DNA of 64,000 nucleotides from the sequence record PQ330092.1; one strand, given 5' to 3'. Below, piece after piece: positions 17,192 through 25,132 of the stretch. How positions within the stretch are numbered: position 1 is the stretch's first letter; each line of letters opens with the position of its first letter. The notes beneath the pieces are model-generated. The model made no database searches, had not been told where the DNA came from, and saw nothing but the letters and a program-made list of their open reading frames with translations. The position numbers and the translations under genes were made by a program.

Positions 17192-18118
17192 TTGAAACAA
17201 GCGAAAAAAGCACTGAAAACTAAGACTACTTATGGTGTTCTAGTTTGCACAGTACTTGTCGCTGCGATTGGATTTTATGGTTTTTCTCAAAATGATCGTG
17301 TATCATCATCGGACGAAAGTCAGGTACACAATTTAAAACCACAAGTTACGCAAATTCAAAAGCAGGAATTACCAAAGGTAGAAATATCAAAGGATGTTCC
17401 ACGCGGCGAGAAGCATTATACGGTTCAACCTGGTGATAGTTATTATTCTATTGCTAAAAAGTTTAAACCTAAAAATGTACAACTTGAAGAGTATGTTATT
17501 TTGTTGAAAAATATCAATTTAAATGCTACTCTTCATACTTCTCAGGGTATCTTTATCCCAACAAAAGAGGATTTGAAGAACGTATTGTTACCAGATGTGA
17601 CTGTACTGTTTGATTATAATGATCCAGAAATTGTCAATCACATCAAAGAAGCTGAAGGTTCAATTGAATTTCAGTCCAAGAACAAACGCCGTTTACTTGG
17701 TGGGAAAGTCGGAGTTCCTTTCCACAATTCTAAATTTCATCCCTACAAGGACATGAAAGGTAATTATACAATAGGTTATGGGCATTATTTGGGTAGAAAA
17801 GAATCTGATGCGATTAAGTACAGAAACGGTATTACCAAAGCTCAAGCCAATAAACTTTTAATGCAAGATATGAAAAGAACATATAATGACTTTTTATTAT
17901 TGATGCAGAAAAAAGAAGCAGTAAATCTGACCAAAGAACAACAACGTATTCTTTATGAAATGTCCTATACAATGGGTGTTGATAAATTAGCAACGTTTAA
18001 TAAACTTTGGAAAAGTGTGAAAAATGATAACCCTAAGAAATTTAAAAAAGAAATTATGAATTCCTTATGGTATCGTCAAGTTACAAACCGAGCAGATTTG
18101 TTGTTAAGTTCACTCTAA
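17192..18118 (+). CDS. membrane-anchored LysM plus T4-type (GH24) lysozyme
   Basis: TTG start after AAGGAGG; TM helix; LysM HYTVQPGDSYYSIAKKF; KEAEG...YKDMKGNYTIGYGH and SLWYRQVTNRA as in T4 lysozyme. Confidence 0.8.
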   Translation: MKQAKKALKTKTTYGVLVCTVLVAAIGFYGFSQNDRVSSSDESQVHNLKPQVTQIQKQELPKVEISKDVPRGEKHYTVQPGDSYYSIAKKFKPKNVQLEEYVILLKNINLNATLHTSQGIFIPTKEDLKNVLLPDVTVLFDYNDPEIVNHIKEAEGSIEFQSKNKRRLLGGKVGVPFHNSKFHPYKDMKGNYTIGYGHYLGRKESDAIKYRNGITKAQANKLLMQDMKRTYNDFLLLMQKKEAVNLTKEQQRILYEMSYTMGVDKLATFNKLWKSVKNDNPKKFKKEIMNSLWYRQVTNRADLLLSSL

Positions 18119-18134
18119 AAAAGGAAGGTGAAGT

Positions 18135-18467
18135 ATGCTAAATCTAAATATTCAAGGCAACGTTGATATCACTCCAGCAATCCAAGATGCTATTTACAAT
18201 GAAGCAAAAAGTCTGGATAAGTACCGTACTTCTTCAGTACTAGACATTGGTGTTCATGTTAAGAAAGAGCATAAAACTCAATATGCTGTAACTTTAACTG
18301 CTGGTAGTAAATCAGTAACTGCTGATGATGCTGATTTGTATAAAGCAATTGTTGAATCTTTTGATAAGATGGAAACTGTATTCAGTAAAGACAAAAGCAT
18401 TAAATTACACCGCCGAAACCATCCAGAACACCCAGTTCTTGATGATTTGACAGAAAACGAAGAGTAA
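18135..18467 (+). CDS. hpf: ribosome hibernation promoting factor (HPF/RaiA, S30AE family)
   Basis: LNIQGNVDITPAIQDAI...DLYKAI..FDKME aligns with E. coli HPF LNITGNNVEITEALREFV...DMYAAIDGLIDKL. Confidence 0.75.
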   Translation: MLNLNIQGNVDITPAIQDAIYNEAKSLDKYRTSSVLDIGVHVKKEHKTQYAVTLTAGSKSVTADDADLYKAIVESFDKMETVFSKDKSIKLHRRNHPEHPVLDDLTENEE

Positions 18468-18480
18468 TATATATATACTA

Positions 18481-18510
18481 AAGGGACAGATTAATTCTGT
18501 CCCTTTTCTT
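18481..18510 (+). terminator. Rho-independent terminator
   Basis: aagggacaga-ttaat-tctgtccctt then T-rich tail. Confidence 0.85.
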
Positions 18511-18524
18511 ATGGAGTTTTAATT

Positions 18525-18920
18525 ATGAATTATTCCTGGATGGAAATTGTAAAATCTCTAATATCAACACATGATATGGACTTACCTGAACACCTAGTTA
18601 TTAATAGATGGTACTATCCATATCCAGATAACCGTTGTGTTGGGATTGGATTTTTTATTAATGAAAAATCTCAATATATTGGATTAATTGAAGATTATAC
18701 AAAAACCAACATTGCGTTCTCTATTGAGTTGAATGTAGATCACATAAAATACTACACCAATAAAATGGACGAAGACGATGGTGATGTTATAATTCCAGCA
18801 GAAATAGACGAAGCTTCATTTTTTCAGTTATCATTAATTCATGATGTATCTGATATTACTTATGATAATGTGAAAGACCTTTTTATATTGTACAATAAAC
18901 TGTATAATTACTTTTTGTAA
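18525..18920 (+). CDS. hypothetical protein with E..FFQ.S.I.D motif
   Basis: GGAG SD; DEASFFQLSLIHD. Confidence 0.75.
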   Translation: MNYSWMEIVKSLISTHDMDLPEHLVINRWYYPYPDNRCVGIGFFINEKSQYIGLIEDYTKTNIAFSIELNVDHIKYYTNKMDEDDGDVIIPAEIDEASFFQLSLIHDVSDITYDNVKDLFILYNKLYNYFL

Positions 18921-18933
18921 TGGAGATAAATTT

Positions 18934-19119
18934 ATGGAATATACAATATGTATAGTTATATGTATCATATCCTTACTAGTCGGGGTTGGTGTGATGATTT
19001 ATTGTGATGCAGAACCCAGTACTGAAGTAGGAACAACAATAACACTTAAACCTGGTGTTAAAGTTAATGATAATTATTGCTATGATCCAAACACAAACCG
19101 TTATGAGATTTGTTTATGA
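18934..19119 (+). CDS. small membrane protein
   Basis: GGAG SD; N-terminal hydrophobic helix. Confidence 0.65.
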   Translation: MEYTICIVICIISLLVGVGVMIYCDAEPSTEVGTTITLKPGVKVNDNYCYDPNTNRYEICL

Positions 19120-19523
19120 AAACATTCAACATTGTTCATATAATTGAACCGATTGCAGAACATATGAAAAACATAAGTAAGAACGAGTCTGGTTTTTACT
19201 TCAACTTAGATAAACTCCATCGCAATACCAATGTATCTAGTTTTAATCGTACTAAGAGACTTTACATCCGTATACACAACCTATGGTACAGTGACGATAC
19301 GTTGATGATAGATATCACGGTTGATGAAGACATAACATTAAGATACATTGACGATTTTAAATCAGATGATATTCGTTCTGGATCATTACCAATTGATGCT
19401 TCATATGAAGAATATCTGCAATATCAGTTCATTGATGACACATTTGGATTTGACTTTGATCTATATAATAGTATAATGAACGTATACCATATATACGAAA
19501 GGAGTTTGAATGGACATTCGTAA
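19116..19523 (+). CDS. hypothetical protein, paralogue of the next ORF
   Basis: GSLPIDASYEEYLQYQFIDDTFG. Confidence 0.75.
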   Translation: MKTFNIVHIIEPIAEHMKNISKNESGFYFNLDKLHRNTNVSSFNRTKRLYIRIHNLWYSDDTLMIDITVDEDITLRYIDDFKSDDIRSGSLPIDASYEEYLQYQFIDDTFGFDFDLYNSIMNVYHIYERSLNGHS

Positions 19524-19932
19524 AATACCAAATTTCCACAATACATTAAGGTTCTTTTCTGAACAAGAAATCAGTACTGAAATACGAGGCATAATTTCGT
19601 ATAATCAATATAGAGTACTAACCACTAATAAATTTCAGGGTACTGTACGTATAAAAATACGAAACTCGTTAGTAGAGAATGATGAATTATTAATTACACT
19701 TAGAAAAAGTAAGATAGAATTAACATACGCAATTTTCGATACTACATATGAGTTGATGTGGAACACACTGTCAAAAAAAGAAGGTTCATTGCCAGTTGTT
19801 GATAATGGTCCTGAAACACTTGATCAGTACATGTTCATTGATGATACATTTAGTATTGACTATCCATCATTTCAGTGTATACTAGATATACATGCAAAAT
19901 ATTACGACCGTCTACGTGATAGATTAATTTAA
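19510..19932 (+). CDS. hypothetical protein, paralogue of the previous ORF
   Basis: GSLPVVDNGPETLDQYMFIDDTFS. Confidence 0.75.
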   Translation: MDIRKIPNFHNTLRFFSEQEISTEIRGIISYNQYRVLTTNKFQGTVRIKIRNSLVENDELLITLRKSKIELTYAIFDTTYELMWNTLSKKEGSLPVVDNGPETLDQYMFIDDTFSIDYPSFQCILDIHAKYYDRLRDRLI

Positions 19933-19943
19933 TTGGAGGCATT

Positions 19944-20066
19944 ATGATTGCTATGTTAGAAGAAGATTGGGGTGTTTCCGAGCAAGGCACTGATGAATAT
20001 GAATACCCAGAATATAAGCCTAAAGGCTTCTGGGAACGTTTGCGTGATTGGTTGATGGGGGAATAA
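19944..20066 (+). CDS. 40-aa protein missed by the ORF track
   Basis: GGAGG SD; MIAMLEEDWGVSEQGTDEYEYPEYKPKGFWERLRDWLMGE. Confidence 0.6.
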   Translation: MIAMLEEDWGVSEQGTDEYEYPEYKPKGFWERLRDWLMGE

Positions 20067-20067
20067 T

Positions 20068-21180
20068 ATGAAAAAGTATTTGGTTGGTGGCTACGTCCGT
20101 GACCGTTTAATGGGTCTTCGTGCAAAAGACAAAGATTATGTCATTGTCGGAGCAACTGAATCTGATATTAAGTACTTGCAAAGTATTGGCTATAAGCAAG
20201 TAGGTAAGGATTTCCCTGTATATCTAAGTCCAGAAGGTAATGAACACGCATTAGCCCGTACTGAGCGTAAAACTGGTACTGGATATGGTGGCTTTGAAGT
20301 GGATACAAAAGGCGTAACACTCGAACAAGATTTGTATCGCCGTGACCTAACAATAAATGCAATTTCGTATGATCCAGTACTACAAATTCATATCGATCCA
20401 TACGGTGGTAAAGCTGATATCAAGAACAAGGTACTACGTCATGTTTCTGACCATTTTAAAGAAGATCCATTACGTGTGTTACGTCTTGCTCGATTTGCTA
20501 CTCGTTATTCAGACTTTACTATCCATGAAAGCACTGAGGAACTCGCTATTGGAATGGTCAATAGTGGTGAGCTAAATCATCTTGTTCCTGACCGTGTGTT
20601 TGTGGAATTCGAAAAAGCATTTTCCGAAGAAAAGCCTGCAAAGTTCCTTAAGACGCTAAGTAAATTTGGTTATTACGAAAAGGTGTTTAATACATCTTTG
20701 ACCAAAAAGAATTTAGACCTTATTGATTATATTGCAGAGAACTGTACGGATGTATATAAACCATATTTTCTGTGGTCTATTCTTCTTGAAAATGAAGAAG
20801 TAAATAATGATTCAGTACTTAACGGTGCTATTAAAGTTCCAGTTAAGTATGTTAAATTTAGTAATTATATCAAACGTTTCCGTGATGATATCAAAACATT
20901 CCGTAAAAAGACCCCTATTGAAATGGGTAATATTTTATTGGATATGAATATTAAAAATAACGGAGGTGAAGAATTCCTTTATAAAGTTTTGGAATACTTC
21001 ATTTTGCGAAAAGAAATTGATTTAGAACTTGAAGATCTAATTATTAAAGTTTATGATCGTTATACTGATGTTGAATTGCCTGATATTCAGCAAATGGTCA
21101 AAGATGGTGAACTTGAAACGTCAGAAATTCGTGATTTTGTTTGTGAACTTCGTTACGAAGCAATCAAACAAATGTTCTAA
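20068..21180 (+). CDS. cca: tRNA nucleotidyltransferase (class II CCA-adding enzyme)
   Basis: YLVGGYVRD..G...KDKD; DLYRRDLTINAI; EDPLRVLRLARF. Confidence 0.9.
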   Translation: MKKYLVGGYVRDRLMGLRAKDKDYVIVGATESDIKYLQSIGYKQVGKDFPVYLSPEGNEHALARTERKTGTGYGGFEVDTKGVTLEQDLYRRDLTINAISYDPVLQIHIDPYGGKADIKNKVLRHVSDHFKEDPLRVLRLARFATRYSDFTIHESTEELAIGMVNSGELNHLVPDRVFVEFEKAFSEEKPAKFLKTLSKFGYYEKVFNTSLTKKNLDLIDYIAENCTDVYKPYFLWSILLENEEVNNDSVLNGAIKVPVKYVKFSNYIKRFRDDIKTFRKKTPIEMGNILLDMNIKNNGGEEFLYKVLEYFILRKEIDLELEDLIIKVYDRYTDVELPDIQQMVKDGELETSEIRDFVCELRYEAIKQMF

Positions 21181-21187
21181 AAAATAG

Positions 21188-21216
21188 TGGGACAAAAAAC
21201 CAATAACTGATATAAT
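21188..21216 (+). promoter_or_regulatory. promoter of the TGGGACA-N16-TATAAT class
   Basis: TGGGACA 21188-21194; TGA-TATAAT ending 21216. Confidence 0.7.
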
Positions 21217-21257
21217 TATTAGTATCTGAACATCGATTGATGACAAAGAGATAAGAT

Positions 21258-21690
21258 ATGCGTTATAGTTGTGGTATAATATTTTATCGTGATGGTCAGA
21301 TACTTATCGGACATACAACACGGACAGAATCATTGGGATTTACCTAAAGGGAAAGCTGAGGGTAATGAAACTTTCAAAGAAGCTGCTGTACGTGAATGTT
21401 TCGAAGAGACAGGATACGAAATCGATGAAGATGATCTTCTGTTTCTTGGTGATGTATCCTATAGAAAGGGAAAAAGGTTAGTACTTTTCTTTTATACTGC
21501 CAAAGACAAACCAATACCAGATGAATTAGTTTGTAAAAGTACTTACACTAATAGATATGGTAAGAGTCATCCAGAATTGGATAAGTTCATGTACATTGAT
21601 GTACGAGAATGTCAAAAGTATTTGACTGAACGAATGTGTAACAGTATTATTAAAGCTGTTAAAGCTTTTCAAAGAAATAGAAGGAAATAA
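21258..21690 (+). CDS. Nudix hydrolase (T4 NudE-like) split by a one-base frameshift at about 21321
   Basis: MRYSCGIIFYRDGQILIGHTT in one frame, GQNHWDLPKG and Nudix box G.....E....AA.RE..EETG in the +1 frame. Confidence 0.75.
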
Positions 21691-21691
21691 C

Positions 21692-21940
21692 ATGAAAGTT
21701 AAAATTTATGGTCGCAAGACTGGTTGTAAATTTTGCGACACTGCAAAAGCTGTATGTGAACAAAATAAATTTGAAATGGAGTTTGTAGATATTGTTGCTG
21801 AAGGTATCGATGGTTCAAAACTGTCTGAAATTTGTGGTGAACCAGTTCGTCAAGTTCCTCAAATTTTCGTAAATGACATTTATGTGCCAGGTGGTTGTAC
21901 TGGGTTTATTGAAGGTCTTAAAGAAGGTCGTTGGAACTAA
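21692..21940 (+). CDS. glutaredoxin (NrdC-like)
   Basis: CKFC active site; VPQIFVND..V.GG. Confidence 0.85.
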   Translation: MKVKIYGRKTGCKFCDTAKAVCEQNKFEMEFVDIVAEGIDGSKLSEICGEPVRQVPQIFVNDIYVPGGCTGFIEGLKEGRWN

Positions 21941-22182
21941 TGGATATTGAAAAAGTATCATCTCGTGCAAAACAACTAGCTGATACGTTGGGAGTAGAGT
22001 TCAAAATTCCTGATATTTCAATAGCTAAAGAAAAAGCCCAGATTAAAATTAACAAGATGAAAGAATATCTATCTAAACAAGAACAGTATGATTCCGCTGT
22101 CGAATTTATTGTAAAATCTTTTAGTAAAGATGATATTTTGGCATTTATCAAATATGTGAAGGTTTCTGGCAACCCTAAATAA
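21931..22182 (+). CDS. hypothetical protein
   Basis: ORF track; start may be ATG 21940. Confidence 0.65.
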   Translation: MELMDIEKVSSRAKQLADTLGVEFKIPDISIAKEKAQIKINKMKEYLSKQEQYDSAVEFIVKSFSKDDILAFIKYVKVSGNPK

Positions 22183-22213
22183 ATGTGAAGAACAAAAAGT
22201 TCTTCTTAACAAT

Positions 22214-22471
22214 TTGGGAGATACTATTATGCTCAGTTTTCGTGAACAATTAGCAAAAGGTCAATTTCAGGCTAAAACTCAAACTAATATTCCTAAAAAA
22301 TCTGCATTTTTAGGAACAATTACGGAAGATGGATTTTGTGATTATGATGCACCAGAAGATTCATGGTACATTACAAAAGACACAAAACGCAGTAATAGAC
22401 TTCACAAAAGTACAATAGCTAGAAAGCATCGAAAAGAATTAAAGAAAATCCGTTTCGGTGAAGAAGAATAA
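22214..22471 (+). CDS. hypothetical basic protein
   Basis: ORF track; GGAG SD suggests start at the internal ATG (MLSFRE). Confidence 0.65.
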   Translation: MGDTIMLSFREQLAKGQFQAKTQTNIPKKSAFLGTITEDGFCDYDAPEDSWYITKDTKRSNRLHKSTIARKHRKELKKIRFGEEE

Positions 22472-22479
22472 TTTAAAAT

Positions 22480-22509
22480 AAGGACTCTGACCACAGAGTC
22501 CTTTCTTTT
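22480..22509 (+). terminator. Rho-independent terminator
   Basis: aggactctg-acca-cagagtcct then T-rich tail. Confidence 0.85.
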
Positions 22510-22520
22510 CGGAGAATATA

Positions 22521-22997
22521 ATGATTCATGAACACCGAGGTAATCTGTTTGAATTATTCAGTACTGTTACAGATGATAAAACAGCAATACATATAATTGC
22601 TCATGGTTGTAACGCACAGGGTAAAATGGGTTCAGGTTTTGCAAAAGAGCTAAGAAATCGTTACCCAATGGCATATGATGATTATAAAGCATATGAAAAG
22701 GAAATGGGATTTCTTAGAATTGGACAAATTGCATATTCAGCAATTAACGATAATTTGATTATTGCAAACTGTATTACCCAAAAAATGTACGGTAATGACG
22801 GTGCTAAATATGTCAGTTATGATGCAATCGACGATGTGTTCAAACATCTAAATTATTTTTGTAAAGTTGATCGAGATGTTCATGTACACTTCCCGAAAAT
22901 TGGAGCCGATTTGGGCGGCGGTAACTGGAACGTTATCAAAGAAATCATTGATCACCGACTGGTCAATGCAGAAAAACACTTATACATTCTAAAATAA
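22521..22997 (+). CDS. macrodomain (ADP-ribose-binding/hydrolase) protein, T4 Tk.4-like
   Basis: GNLF...IAHGCNAQGKMGSGFAKEL; FPKIGADLGGGNW. Confidence 0.85.
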   Translation: MIHEHRGNLFELFSTVTDDKTAIHIIAHGCNAQGKMGSGFAKELRNRYPMAYDDYKAYEKEMGFLRIGQIAYSAINDNLIIANCITQKMYGNDGAKYVSYDAIDDVFKHLNYFCKVDRDVHVHFPKIGADLGGGNWNVIKEIIDHRLVNAEKHLYILK

Positions 22998-23007
22998 ACA
23001 AAAGGAC

Positions 23008-23325
23008 TTGACAAAAATGACTATGACCGTTAAACTACTAAACATCAATAACATTGGCCCAGTACTAGCAGTTCTTCAAACCGATTCTGCTGAAGCTGTT
23101 GTAGTTAACTACCCAGCACAACTAGGGACTGACGAAAATGGTGAAATCATTCTTCGTGATTATCTAGAGTTTGTTAGTATGGAGAAAAATGTTATTTTTT
23201 ATAAATCCAACATTATTAGTGTTAGTGATGCAAACCCTGCATTAGTTGATGCTTATGTTGATGCTATTAAAGCAATCGAAAACACTCCAAAAGTTTTCGT
23301 TCCTGAGAATAAAATCATTCTATAA
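23008..23325 (+). CDS. hypothetical protein (Sm-like small beta fold possible)
   Basis: ORF track; start may be an internal ATG. Confidence 0.7.
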   Translation: MTKMTMTVKLLNINNIGPVLAVLQTDSAEAVVVNYPAQLGTDENGEIILRDYLEFVSMEKNVIFYKSNIISVSDANPALVDAYVDAIKAIENTPKVFVPENKIIL

Positions 23326-23337
23326 TAGAGGTATATA

Positions 23338-23715
23338 ATGGCTGCTAATGACGTTAAAGTAAAAACTATCCAAGCTATCGTAGTACTGAAAGATTCTACA
23401 CCATCCCCTAAAGAATTAGTAATGGCTGGGATGACTATGTTACATCAATACAACCCTGAATCACCTAACTATGTTCAAGAATACGAAGCTAAGAAGTTTA
23501 AAGAACATTGGCAGTCATGGATTAAAGATAATGAAATGGAGCAGGTAGTTTATGCTGCTGATGACATTTTCGAACTGGAACAAATTGAATATCTAGCTGG
23601 TCAGCAATCAGTACCATTGAGCATTTTCGGTAATGGTGAAGAAGTTCTGGTATTGGGACCATTCACTGCTGATGATATCATTCACTTACTGAGTAATTGT
23701 AAGAAAATTGAATAA
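23338..23715 (+). CDS. degenerate Pth2 (peptidyl-tRNA hydrolase 2)-like protein
   Basis: QAIVVLKD, W...EQVVY, LVLGPFTADDIIHLL..CK follow the Pth2 pattern, but catalytic motifs are absent. Confidence 0.5.
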   Translation: MAANDVKVKTIQAIVVLKDSTPSPKELVMAGMTMLHQYNPESPNYVQEYEAKKFKEHWQSWIKDNEMEQVVYAADDIFELEQIEYLAGQQSVPLSIFGNGEEVLVLGPFTADDIIHLLSNCKKIE

Positions 23716-23926
23716 AAATTCGAAACTGTCAGGTTACCGTAACAACACGTTGAAGTACAATGATATTAAGTACTGGGTTGATCCTTACTTAAATAAATCA
23801 TTGTTAATGTACAGAGATAAATCACGAGATCTATATGGAATATATGTTACTCAGTTAATATATATAATAGATTCCGAACATTTTACTCCATTGGTATACC
23901 TGTACTGCTTGTATAATTCAAAATAA
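23708..23926 (+). CDS. hypothetical protein
   Basis: TTG start, weak SD; fills the gap before the late promoter. Confidence 0.4.
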   Translation: MNKNSKLSGYRNNTLKYNDIKYWVDPYLNKSLLMYRDKSRDLYGIYVTQLIYIIDSEHFTPLVYLYCLYNSK

Positions 23927-23976
23927 CTATTAGCACCTCTAAATAATGTATATAAACATTAATGAGGTGCTTTTTT

Positions 23977-24768
23977 ATGTCTTACGATTATATGGGTGGA
24001 AACCCTGATGCTCCTAACTTTGACCATCGTGAAAAACTGAAAGATGTTATCACTCAAATGTTGGGTGCTGGGGCCGTTGAGGTAGAAATTACTGATGGTC
24101 AATTAGAAATTGCAATTGATAATGCGGTATCGAATTACAGAGCGTGGAGTTCTGCTTCTAAAGAAGAAGCATTTTTAAATATGAAATTTTATGATTCACA
24201 ATCTGTATATATGCTACCAACTGAAGTTGAAATTGTTAAAAAGATTTATCGTTATGGTAATGGTTACTTAAGTTCTGGTAGTGGGAACTCAGTAGATCCG
24301 TTTTCTCTAGCATTCACCAACACTTACTTATTGACTTCAGCACGAAATGCAGGTGGATATGATCTAACTACATATGATTTTAGTTTTCAGTTCCAAGAAC
24401 TGGTAGGTCGTATGTTTGGTCGTGATATTATATTTCAATTTAACCCAATGACCAAAAAATTAATTATAGATCGTGATATTCGCGGTACTGAAGAAGTACT
24501 ATTACACGTATATCATAATATTCCTGAACCATTGTTGTTTCAAAGACAGCAAAGTTATCCTTGGCTACGTGATTGGGCATTGTCTGAAGCCATGATTATG
24601 TTGGGTCGTAACCGTGCCAAATTTGCTTCTCTTCCAGGTCCACAGGGAACGTTTTCTATGGATGGTGATACATTACGTAATGAAGGATTACAACTTCAGG
24701 AACAGCTTAAAGAGCGTTTGAAACGTTATCAAGATGGTGCTGAACCACTAGGTATGATTATTGGATAA
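23977..24768 (+). CDS. neck / head-tail adaptor protein, T4 gp13-like
   Basis: EKLKDVITQMLGAGAVEVEITDGQLEIAIDNA matches T4 gp13 pattern; WLRDWALSEA; TAAATA at 23940. Confidence 0.8.
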   Translation: MSYDYMGGNPDAPNFDHREKLKDVITQMLGAGAVEVEITDGQLEIAIDNAVSNYRAWSSASKEEAFLNMKFYDSQSVYMLPTEVEIVKKIYRYGNGYLSSGSGNSVDPFSLAFTNTYLLTSARNAGGYDLTTYDFSFQFQELVGRMFGRDIIFQFNPMTKKLIIDRDIRGTEEVLLHVYHNIPEPLLFQRQQSYPWLRDWALSEAMIMLGRNRAKFASLPGPQGTFSMDGDTLRNEGLQLQEQLKERLKRYQDGAEPLGMIIG

Positions 24769-24771
24769 ATT

Positions 24772-24817
24772 AAAAAAGACTCCTATATGGAGTCTTTTTC
24801 ACATTATGTGATATAAT
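24772..24817 (+). terminator. terminator directly followed by an extended -10 promoter
   Basis: aaaaaagactcc...ggagtcttttt hairpin, then TGTGATATAAT ending 24817. Confidence 0.75.
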
Positions 24818-24844
24818 GATAATATTAATCTTAAGGAACCTAAC

Positions 24845-25114
24845 ATGAATAACAACATAGATGCAATGTATAACAAATATAGTTGTGGTGCACCTACATT
24901 AGATTATGAGTCAACAGAAAAATTCTGGAAATTTTTAAAAGAATCAATCGTTGATGTTTTCGGTAGAGAACGAATAAACGCGTGGGCGAGTATATGTCGT
25001 GATGATAATGGAGAAACATTCTACATCACTTATGTTACTATATATTATGGGAGCGAGTTTATAGTTCAATTACTTGAATGTTTAGTAGGAAAGGATTTAG
25101 TGGTACTTATATAA
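24845..25114 (+). CDS. hypothetical protein
   Basis: AAGGA SD; ORF track. Confidence 0.7.
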   Translation: MNNNIDAMYNKYSCGAPTLDYESTEKFWKFLKESIVDVFGRERINAWASICRDDNGETFYITYVTIYYGSEFIVQLLECLVGKDLVVLI

Positions 25115-25132
25115 TATACATGGAGAAGTATT

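Noticed and set aside
23700-23715. Fifth possible +1 frameshift (aaaattgaat) fusing the Pth2-like ORF to the next ORF
   Set aside because: The upstream protein already ends where Pth2 proteins end; nothing supports a fusion
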